From contig JAZORT010000028.1 of the NCBI GenBank assembly GCA_045656745.1, positions 8,862-72,861 on the forward strand: a stretch of DNA of 64,000 bases, read 5' to 3'. The position numbers were made by a program, and so were the translations under genes. This stretch comes from Eubacteriales bacterium. Lineage in GTDB: Bacteria; Bacillota; Clostridia; Oscillospirales; CAG-272. Numbering within the stretch: position 1 is the first letter of the stretch; each line of letters starts with the position of its first letter. Shown here piece after piece: positions 17,729 through 25,151 of this stretch. The notes beneath the pieces were generated by a model. That model did not search any database. It had not been told where the DNA came from and worked only from the letters and a program-made list of their open reading frames with translations.

Positions 17729-18508
17729 TTATTCTCCGTTTGTATATTTTGCAAGCGCTTCGCCTGCTTCTCTACCTATAATTTCATAGCCTTTATCATT
17801 AAAGTGGCCTATTGCATTAAAGTTTTTATATTCATCGTTAAGGCTGAGCCTTGCGGGGGCATCGGTCAGCATAATAAAGTCGGGGTCTATGGAGGGGAGC
17901 TTTTCCTGCGCTCCCATTATAATTTCGTCACGCGTTTTTCCATACTCGTTGGAGGCAACGCAGTTTTTATACCAAACATTTATTGCGCAGAAATATCCGA
18001 CCTTGATAAGACAAAACTTATCGATACCGAAATCCTCTTTAAGCTTGTTTTTATAGCTTATAATACGCTCGGTATACTCCTGCTCGGTGGTTTCGATAAC
18101 CGCGTCCGACTCGCCCTGAAGCCATATATAATAGATGTTATCAACCTTGCCGAGAGTTTTTGCGTATTCTATGCCTGCTTTGATTTTTTGCCTTGCGTAA
18201 TGGTATCTCTGAGTGCCGTAAAGCCACTGTCCGATAGTAGTGTTACCGCAGGCGCAAGGAATAGCGAAGACTTCTCTGCCCGAGTTTTTTATGTAATTTT
18301 TGCAAAAATCGGGTAGCAGTGAGCCACCTTCCTTTGCTGCGGCGAGAATATACTCCGAGAAGTTTTCACCGGCGGGGTGCTGCATAGGCTTTACGCAATT
18401 TTCATTCCATTTATATTCAACGGCTCCCTCTACGGGGGCGTTGTCGGCAGGGAGCGTGTAGCTTGCTCCCTGCATATTACTTTGTCCGCCAAAGATTATA
18501 ATGTCCAT
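17729..18508 (-). CDS. carbohydrate esterase, sialate O-acetylesterase-like (SASA / DUF303 type)
   Basis: N terminus MDIIIFGGQSNMQGAS carries the GQSNM block; WLQGESD lies downstream. Confidence 0.75.
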   Translation of the reverse strand: MDIIIFGGQSNMQGASYTLPADNAPVEGAVEYKWNENCVKPMQHPAGENFSEYILAAAKEGGSLLPDFCKNYIKNSGREVFAIPCACGNTTIGQWLYGTQRYHYARQKIKAGIEYAKTLGKVDNIYYIWLQGESDAVIETTEQEYTERIISYKNKLKEDFGIDKFCLIKVGYFCAINVWYKNCVASNEYGKTRDEIIMGAQEKLPSIDPDFIMLTDAPARLSLNDEYKNFNAIGHFNDKGYEIIGREAGEALAKYTNGE

Positions 18509-18518
18509 TTTTTGTTCC

Positions 18519-21080
18519 TCAATAGTAGATTTTTACAGGACCGAAAAGTCCGCCCTCAAGGTTGCTTTCGCAAAACGCCATTTGCTTATCGTGATAGGGG
18601 GAGAGTTGCCATTTTGCAAACTTTTCAAAGGTTTTGGTATACTTATATTCGTTCGAGGCGGTGTTTGTCACTCGAATTTCGAGAGTATTCTTATCCTCCA
18701 GCATCTCGCAAGGAATACTGATTACATAGGGATATGCAATCAAAGTGCCTATATGTTTTCCGTTAAGGAAGAGATTCGCCGAATAGTTTACCTTACCGAG
18801 GTCGATTTTAATATACCTTGAGTCGGTTTTTGGACGGGCAAACTCGGTTATATAGGCTCCCGTACCCGAGAAGCTCTCGCCTACCCTCGCTCTCCAATCG
18901 CCGAGAGAGACAGGCGAGGGATTTTCATCAAAGCTCTTTCGGTAAATTTCCATATCTCCGAGAATGAACTGAGAATGCCTCTTGAAAAGAAATTCTCCGT
19001 CAAGGGTTATCTCGTTTTCGGGATCGTTTTCAAGCTCGAAGCTCTCGTCTGTATAGAGGAGGGCTACTGTCTCGCCCGAGGCGAGCGAAAGCTCAGCCTT
19101 GCCGTCTTTTACGCAGAGAGCGCGGAGCTTACCTGCGGTAATATCCACAAGGACGGGTGCTTTTTCCGAAACCGAGAGGCTGAAGCTTTCAGGGGCAAAG
19201 CTTTGGTTAAAGATGATATCAAGTCTGCCGTTTTCAAGCGACTTTGAATAGGTGCGCAGATTACCGGAGGAGAAGTCGGCAGAAATGTCGGGAGAGGTAA
19301 TTCCTCTGCAATTTTCCACCATTTCTGCTCCCGAAATTGCGGGGGTAAGAGGAGATGTGACAACGGCAACCCTGCCGCCCTTGGCAATGAATTTTTCAAG
19401 CTTTTTGACAACTCGGTCGGGAATATATTTTGAGGGGGGAACAACTACCGTTTTGTAGCTTGCTTTACCCATTGAAATAACACCCTTGTTGAGCATATCT
19501 TCATCGCACAAATCGAAAACATCATCGTCAATTATATCGAAATATGTACCGTCAGCTTCAAGCTCAAAGCCTGCTTTTTCATAGGCGTCGCAAACGGTTT
19601 TTGCATTCGCTCCCGACCAGATGTCGCACATAGGATAATAGAGAGCTAAGTCAACCATTCTTTCGCCGAGAGAGGTGATATATGCGAGTCTTTCGGTGTA
19701 CTCGTTAAAGGCTTTGAGATCGGTGCTTTCCTGAAGCTCGGCGCCATAGTTAGGACGCTCGCCTGTCATAAAGAAACCTTTTCTGCCATAATTTATCACC
19801 ATATAATTGAAAATATTGATTCCTCGGATAGCCTGGAAGCCTATGGTATAACGCATTTGGTCATAGGTGGTTCCCTGACCGTAAACACCGAAGCTTTCAC
19901 TAGCCGAAAGGTCAACGCCGATCTGTGCTGCGGCGGAGGACGCATACCTTGGGAAGAAGCGGTTTTCGGCAGTAATTATATCGTCAACAAGCTTCTGCTC
20001 GGAGGGGAAAATCTGACGCCAGATTGCGTCAACGGCGGGGATATCAAAGTTACGAAGAGAGCGCATAACATGGTAGCTTGCACTCCTTATGCTTCCTCTC
20101 GGGTGGTCGTCTCCGTTAAGGTGGCCCACGAAGGACATACCGTGATCGTTAGACCACTTTTTCTCTCTTTGCAAATAATTCTTGCAGAAAAGCTCGCTGC
20201 AAAGGTCGTACCATTTTATTATTGCAAGCGCGGAATCCTCGGGGACGGAATAGTCCTCCTCGGGCAGGTAAAGTCCGTCGCAAATTTTGCCCAAAACATC
20301 AAGATGCGGTTTTATGGATTCGCCGTATCTGCGCTCGTATTCGGCTTCTATTTCAGGGCTGAACGGTACGGGGGTCGGAGCGCAAGGCTCGTCGGAGAAA
20401 ACGGCGGTAATTTCCTTGCCGAAATGCTCGGAGAGGGTGCGAACATATCCGGGGAAGGTTTCCTCGATAAAGGCATCGGTGGACTCGGCTCTCGTAAGGT
20501 CGGGATAGTCGGGAGTTGCGGGCCATTTGAAGTAAAAACGCTCGGAGAAATACTCTTTAATCTCGGTATCCGAGTCGAAGATATACCCCTTCTCTATCAT
20601 CTTTCCGTTTGGTAAAAATGCGGAGGAGGCATCGGCAGATGGGGTATAGCTCTCCCCTGCCTTAAAGGTCAAAATTCGTTTACCGAGACCGCGCCTTGCA
20701 AGATCAGGGCGCTTAAGAAGCACCCTTCCGCAGGCACCGCCTGAGGGCCAACCGCCCTCGTCATATATCCAAGCCGCAAGTCCTCTCGAAAATGCCGACT
20801 TCAAGGCGTAGGCATACGCCTCATAATACGGCTCGGTGAGGTAGTCGGGCTCAAGCATTGTGGGCATTGTGGAGGGGCGGAATGTTTTCGGCTCGGGGAT
20901 TATGTAAAACGCCTTTATTCCAAGACTTACGAACTCGTCAAGCTGACGGTCTGTTTCTTCCTTGGTAACGGGGGCATTCCATACCCAGCTGTAAAATGGA
21001 GAGTAGCTTTTTTCGGGGTTTAAAAAGGCGGATTCGGTGAATTTTTTGTCGGTTACTCTGAAATTCTTGTTGTAATTCAT
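18519..21080 (-). CDS. large intracellular glycoside hydrolase, GH106-like (putative alpha-L-rhamnosidase type) with C-terminal galactose-binding-like domain
   Basis: The N-terminal pattern PFYSWVWNAPVTKEETDRQLDEFVSLGIKAFYIIPEP...YDEGGWPSG resembles, from memory, pfam Glyco_hydro_106-type TIM barrels. The C-terminal NLFLNGKHIGT... is a jelly-roll-like segment. No signal peptide. Confidence 0.5.
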   Translation of the reverse strand: MNYNKNFRVTDKKFTESAFLNPEKSYSPFYSWVWNAPVTKEETDRQLDEFVSLGIKAFYIIPEPKTFRPSTMPTMLEPDYLTEPYYEAYAYALKSAFSRGLAAWIYDEGGWPSGGACGRVLLKRPDLARRGLGKRILTFKAGESYTPSADASSAFLPNGKMIEKGYIFDSDTEIKEYFSERFYFKWPATPDYPDLTRAESTDAFIEETFPGYVRTLSEHFGKEITAVFSDEPCAPTPVPFSPEIEAEYERRYGESIKPHLDVLGKICDGLYLPEEDYSVPEDSALAIIKWYDLCSELFCKNYLQREKKWSNDHGMSFVGHLNGDDHPRGSIRSASYHVMRSLRNFDIPAVDAIWRQIFPSEQKLVDDIITAENRFFPRYASSAAAQIGVDLSASESFGVYGQGTTYDQMRYTIGFQAIRGINIFNYMVINYGRKGFFMTGERPNYGAELQESTDLKAFNEYTERLAYITSLGERMVDLALYYPMCDIWSGANAKTVCDAYEKAGFELEADGTYFDIIDDDVFDLCDEDMLNKGVISMGKASYKTVVVPPSKYIPDRVVKKLEKFIAKGGRVAVVTSPLTPAISGAEMVENCRGITSPDISADFSSGNLRTYSKSLENGRLDIIFNQSFAPESFSLSVSEKAPVLVDITAGKLRALCVKDGKAELSLASGETVALLYTDESFELENDPENEITLDGEFLFKRHSQFILGDMEIYRKSFDENPSPVSLGDWRARVGESFSGTGAYITEFARPKTDSRYIKIDLGKVNYSANLFLNGKHIGTLIAYPYVISIPCEMLEDKNTLEIRVTNTASNEYKYTKTFEKFAKWQLSPYHDKQMAFCESNLEGGLFGPVKIYY

Positions 21081-21082
21081 AA

Positions 21083-21724
21083 TTATTTCCTCAAAAGATA
21101 GTCGCAGACAACACCCGCAAGAAATTCATAGCCATTGTCATTAGGATGAAGTCCGTCAACGGTAAACTCGTCGCCCGTATTGACAAGAGGCTTTGCAAAG
21201 CCATCGGAATAAAGGTCGATATAATCGATAGCATAGTCGGAGAGGATTTTACGCATTACATTGACATACTCCTCAAGGCTTGCGCCACACTCGTCAGCAT
21301 TTTCGCCCTTACAGGCCTTTGGCTCTTCGTCAAAACGGCGAAGAGGAAGAAGGAAGCAGAGCTTTTCCTTACCGTATTTTTCGATCAAGGCGTCAATGAG
21401 CAGATAAAGTCCGCCCGCAAAGCTGTTTTCATCCCTTTCGCCAACCCTGCCAAGGTGGAGATTGCCGTGGCCGAAGTCGTTTGTTCCGCCAAAAATGAAA
21501 ACTCGGTCTGCCTCGCTCGGCATTATTGTCAAACGAAGTCTGAAGTCAAAATCCCATTTTGTCGATGCGGAAACCCGCTTTTGCCTTGCAATTCTTGTAC
21601 CGCTGATACCGTAATTTATTACCTCGTGTCCCGTTTTTTCGCCAACGAGGCTTACATAATTTTTCTCGGGGGCGCTGGCTCCCACGCCCTCGGTTATACT
21701 GTCACCCAGAAACAAAATTCTCAT
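21083..21724 (-). CDS. SGNH/GDSL hydrolase (esterase)
   Basis: Block I MRILFLGDSITEGVG, block III GGTNDFG, block V DGLHPN. Confidence 0.85.
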   Translation of the reverse strand: MRILFLGDSITEGVGASAPEKNYVSLVGEKTGHEVINYGISGTRIARQKRVSASTKWDFDFRLRLTIMPSEADRVFIFGGTNDFGHGNLHLGRVGERDENSFAGGLYLLIDALIEKYGKEKLCFLLPLRRFDEEPKACKGENADECGASLEEYVNVMRKILSDYAIDYIDLYSDGFAKPLVNTGDEFTVDGLHPNDNGYEFLAGVVCDYLLRK

Positions 21725-21920
21725 ACTTTTATTTTCTCCTTAACAAGGTCATAGATAGTATTTTTTGATTATAGCACGATTTTTTTAAAAGTTCAATAGA
21801 ATTATCCGACAATGGCGGAAAATTCATCTTTGCAATATAACAAATCGATTATAGCATAGAAGAAATCGGCAAAGCTATAACAAAACATAGTTAAACTTGA
21901 ATAAAATCGTCAAAGTTTAA

Positions 21921-21951
21921 CAGCCCGACAGCTTTTGTCGGGCTGTTTTTT
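21921..21951. terminator. hairpin terminator between the AraC gene and the downstream operon
   Basis: Stem cagcccgaca pairs with tgtcgggctg (21921-21945). A T6 run follows on the plus strand, and an A run precedes the hairpin on the minus strand. Confidence 0.45.
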
Positions 21952-21968
21952 CGGCTTTGCGGTCGGGA

Positions 21969-22739
21969 CTAATTTTTCAGCCCGTTTTTATACTCCTTTG
22001 GAGATATTCCGTAATACTTTTTGAATATTCTCGAAAAGTATGCAACATCAAGGATACCGCACCGCCCTGCGACCTCGCTAATACTGAAATCATAAAGGTT
22101 CATCAGTGCCTTCGCGTTTTTCATTCTTACGGAAGTAAGGTACTTTATAGGTGTCATTTTCGTTACAGAAAGGAATTTCGCCCTTATGTAATCCTCGGCA
22201 TATCCGCTTGAATTGAGGATAGTAGTAACGTCAATATCCGGATCTGCAAAATTCTTCTCAATCTCGGCACTGATCTTATGTATAACCGAGTACATATTCG
22301 GCTGAACGTCTATATGAAGCAGCAAAAACTGAATAAAGGATTCGCAAAGGCTCCTTGCATACTCTTCATTTATATAGATATTGCGCATTATTGCCTCGGC
22401 AAGAAGTCTGCCCTCACCGTAATCGTTGTCGGTAATTTTATGAAGGTCATCGGCAGAGAGCGCAAGTCTGTCAAAGCTGCCGCCAATATTTATGATTTTG
22501 TGACCGTGCTCGGAATAAACCGAATGCTCAACTCCGGGAGGAGCAATAAAAATACATCCGGGATAAAAGGCGTATTTTTTATCACCGCTGCACATCATTC
22601 CGTTGCCCTCGCGGACTACCATTATCTCGTAATGGCCGTGTGTATGGGAGCGATAATAGTTTTCGCCATCGTTTGTCAGCTTTGCGTAAATCAACTCTGC
22701 CCTCTCCTCAAATATATGTTTTTTAAAATTATAACACAA
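21969..22739 (-). CDS. AraC family transcriptional regulator (cupin plus HTH)
   Basis: Cupin block HTHGHYEIMVVREGNG. HTH: ILNSSGYAEDYIRAKFLSVTKMTPIKYLTSVRMKNAKALMNLYDFSISEVAGRCGILDVAYFSRIFKKYYGISPKEY. Confidence 0.85.
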   Translation of the reverse strand: MCYNFKKHIFEERAELIYAKLTNDGENYYRSHTHGHYEIMVVREGNGMMCSGDKKYAFYPGCIFIAPPGVEHSVYSEHGHKIINIGGSFDRLALSADDLHKITDNDYGEGRLLAEAIMRNIYINEEYARSLCESFIQFLLLHIDVQPNMYSVIHKISAEIEKNFADPDIDVTTILNSSGYAEDYIRAKFLSVTKMTPIKYLTSVRMKNAKALMNLYDFSISEVAGRCGILDVAYFSRIFKKYYGISPKEYKNGLKN

Positions 22740-22965
22740 AACTATCTTTTGTGCAAGTATTTGTAGTTTTTTTTATATCTTTTTTCAAAGTTTTGTGCTA
22801 ATATAATATATAGGAAGGGATCTCTTCTTGAGTTAAGGTGGGATTTTTTTACCAATCCAAGTATGTTTTTTCCAACCTTTGCAAAAACATTGTGCAAAGG
22901 TTACAAATTTGAATTGTTGTTTTTGTTGATTTTTTAATACATGCATTTTGCACGGCAGGTAGCGT

Positions 22966-24780
22966 ATGAAAACTGAAATTTCAAGTGAAAAAATCACGTC
23001 ATTCGTCGGCGATATTCTTCCCGTTTGGTTGATTTGCGAGGATGACGTCAGTAAAGAGGATATAAAGTGGACTATCATCGGCGAAGCGGCGCACATGCGC
23101 ACATTTGAAAAAGAGGATTACGCTTTTCGCCAGCCCGATCCGCGCCCCGGATTTACCCACGGAGTTTTGGTCACGCTGGATAAGCCGGGCAAAGCAGTTG
23201 TCAGTGCAGAATACGCAGACAAAAAATACTCCTGTGACATTCTCGTGAGAGAAGCGGTGCATACCGAGAGCGGAAGAATGAATTATTACACCGCCGATCT
23301 TCACAACCACACGACTATGATCCACCGTTACGAGGAGCTTCACTTAAGAAACGGCGACTTTCAAGAGGATTACGTACGGTATATCAAGGAAAAGGACGAT
23401 ATTGATCTTTCGGTAATTTCCGACCATGCCGACGTTATTGACCGTTGGGAATTTTTCAAGGGATTTATTGACGTTGATACGGCAAAACCCATGAACCCGA
23501 TAATTTTACCCGGTTCGGAATCGGAAATAACCTTGATCGAGGACGACCGTTACGGTCAAAGCCACAAAAACGCAGGAGAGATCGTCGTTCTCTGCGCTGA
23601 CGATATTGCCGCCGTTAAGGATTACGGTGAATTCCTTGATCGTATGAGCACAAGCCCCCACATCATTGCAATTCTTGCCCATCCCCAGGTTCTCGGATTT
23701 GACAAAAACGGTATTTGGAACTTTTCTCTTGAAAAACACAGGGATGACGGCTTTAGGGACGTTGTAAAGCTTATTGAAATGGGCGATGCCAGAGTCGAAA
23801 GCCGCGACGACGATATTATCAACGAATTTATATATTCCGTGGCGCTGGACAACGGTTACAGAGTTTCAACCACCTGCTCTTCCGACAAGCACGAAGCTCC
23901 CTGGGGCAAGGAGGCTTGCGAAGGAAAGACCATCGTCATGGCTCCCGAAAAAACGAAAGAAGCCTTTATTGACGCTCTGCGAAATGGTCGCTGTTACTGC
24001 TCGGATAGCGGAAACATAAAGCTTTACTGCGAGGTTAACGGCAAGGCACTTCCCTGCGACCTTGAACCCAACGAAAAATACCGATTCCACGTTGAGGTTG
24101 ATTATTTTGAAAAGGACGAGGACAGCGTTCCCGTAAAATGCGCAGTTATTTCGGACTACGGAAAATGCGTTAAAGAAATTACGAATGCAGATTTTTCCTC
24201 CTTCGATTTCGAAATTGAATCGGATAGTGCAAGGTGGTTCTACCTAAGACTTGAGGACAGAAAGCACCGCAAAACGCTCTCCCCACCCATCTATTGCACG
24301 AGAGAATACGATCCGATCCTGAAGGACGAGCCAAATCCTATTGATAAATCCGAATTTGAAGCAAAAGAGCTTATTTCGGGAACGAACGCTTCGGTTATCA
24401 TAAACGACAATCCCTGCGAAGCCTTTGAAAGCGAGCTTGGTCAAGCTGAAATTCTTATAGATATGAAGAAAATTCACGAGATCTCTGCTCTTGGGCATTA
24501 TCCTTACCGCTTGATCAGAAAAAAAGAGGTCGATGCGGCGCCGATAGTTGCATCGTTTGCGGGAGAATACGAGGTTTCGATTTCCACCGACGGCAAAAAC
24601 TTCACTACAGTAGCCGAGGGTGCTGTCAGAGTCTACGGTGGCGAGGTAATCATAAGATTTAAACGATCCAAGGCGAGATTCGTAAAATTCACCGTGAAAT
24701 CCAACGCCGGAAAAATGACGGGATACCCGAAATACGAAGGCCTCGGACTTAAGATCGGAGAGTTGACGGTTTTTGAATAA
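22966..24780 (+). CDS. PHP-domain (CehA/McbA-like) metallohydrolase with N-terminal Ig-like and C-terminal F5/8 type C (discoidin) domains, no signal peptide
   Basis: YYTADLHNHTTM plus VISDHADV give a PHP-like metal-binding pattern. The C-terminal segment ...YEVSISTDGKNFTTVAEGAVRVYGGEVIIRFKRSKARFVKFTV resembles a discoidin domain. Confidence 0.65.
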   Translation: MKTEISSEKITSFVGDILPVWLICEDDVSKEDIKWTIIGEAAHMRTFEKEDYAFRQPDPRPGFTHGVLVTLDKPGKAVVSAEYADKKYSCDILVREAVHTESGRMNYYTADLHNHTTMIHRYEELHLRNGDFQEDYVRYIKEKDDIDLSVISDHADVIDRWEFFKGFIDVDTAKPMNPIILPGSESEITLIEDDRYGQSHKNAGEIVVLCADDIAAVKDYGEFLDRMSTSPHIIAILAHPQVLGFDKNGIWNFSLEKHRDDGFRDVVKLIEMGDARVESRDDDIINEFIYSVALDNGYRVSTTCSSDKHEAPWGKEACEGKTIVMAPEKTKEAFIDALRNGRCYCSDSGNIKLYCEVNGKALPCDLEPNEKYRFHVEVDYFEKDEDSVPVKCAVISDYGKCVKEITNADFSSFDFEIESDSARWFYLRLEDRKHRKTLSPPIYCTREYDPILKDEPNPIDKSEFEAKELISGTNASVIINDNPCEAFESELGQAEILIDMKKIHEISALGHYPYRLIRKKEVDAAPIVASFAGEYEVSISTDGKNFTTVAEGAVRVYGGEVIIRFKRSKARFVKFTVKSNAGKMTGYPKYEGLGLKIGELTVFE

Positions 24781-24784
24781 AAAC

Positions 24785-24823
24785 AATGAGAGGTACCTCT
24801 CATTAACCAACCAAGTTGGTTAA
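24785..24823. promoter_or_regulatory. two abutting perfect palindromes
   Basis: aatgagaggtacctctcatt (24785-24804) and ttaaccaac-caa-gttggttaa (24803-24823) lie just after the stop of 22966..24780 and about 105 nt upstream of the small ORF. No T run follows. Confidence 0.35.
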
Positions 24824-24928
24824 TGGCGATTAGGCGGTTTATTATATTTTGGTTTTTACCGAGCAATCGGCAAAAATATAAAGCAGTTCGCAAAAACATT
24901 TAGATAAACGAAAGAAAGGAGTAACGGT

Positions 24929-25066
24929 ATGCCAAAAGAAAAACAGGTCTACCAAAATGCAGACGTTGAAATCGTCGACTTAAAAAACAAGGACATTATT
25001 ACTACGTCGAGCGTGAGTGATTGGCTGAACCCGGACGGCAACGTCGACAGCGAAGGTTGGACCTAA
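24929..25066 (+). CDS. unannotated small ORF (45 aa), paralog of 1899..2033
   Basis: ATG at 24929 lies 8 nt after GAAAGGAG. Hand translation: MPKEKQVYQNADVEIVDLKNKDIITTSSVSDWLNPDGNVDSEGWT, stop at 25064-25066. It lies 85 nt upstream of the secreted protein gene. Confidence 0.55.
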   Translation: MPKEKQVYQNADVEIVDLKNKDIITTSSVSDWLNPDGNVDSEGWT

Positions 25067-25151
25067 GCGCTAAGCGCAAAATCCGAAAGGATCAAAAAAA
25101 CGCCCCGCGGGGCATTACAAAAAAACAAATTTTTGAAAGGAAAACAAAAAA

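Noticed and set aside
17396-18316. 306-aa plus-strand ORF across the RpiB-like and esterase genes. Similar long shadow ORFs occur at 15163..15807, 19857..20615, 21146..21754, 24244..24810, 25266..25916, 26460..27269 and 54408..55151.
   Set aside because: All are antisense to motif-supported genes in tightly packed operons. All lack an SD and have no recognisable domains.
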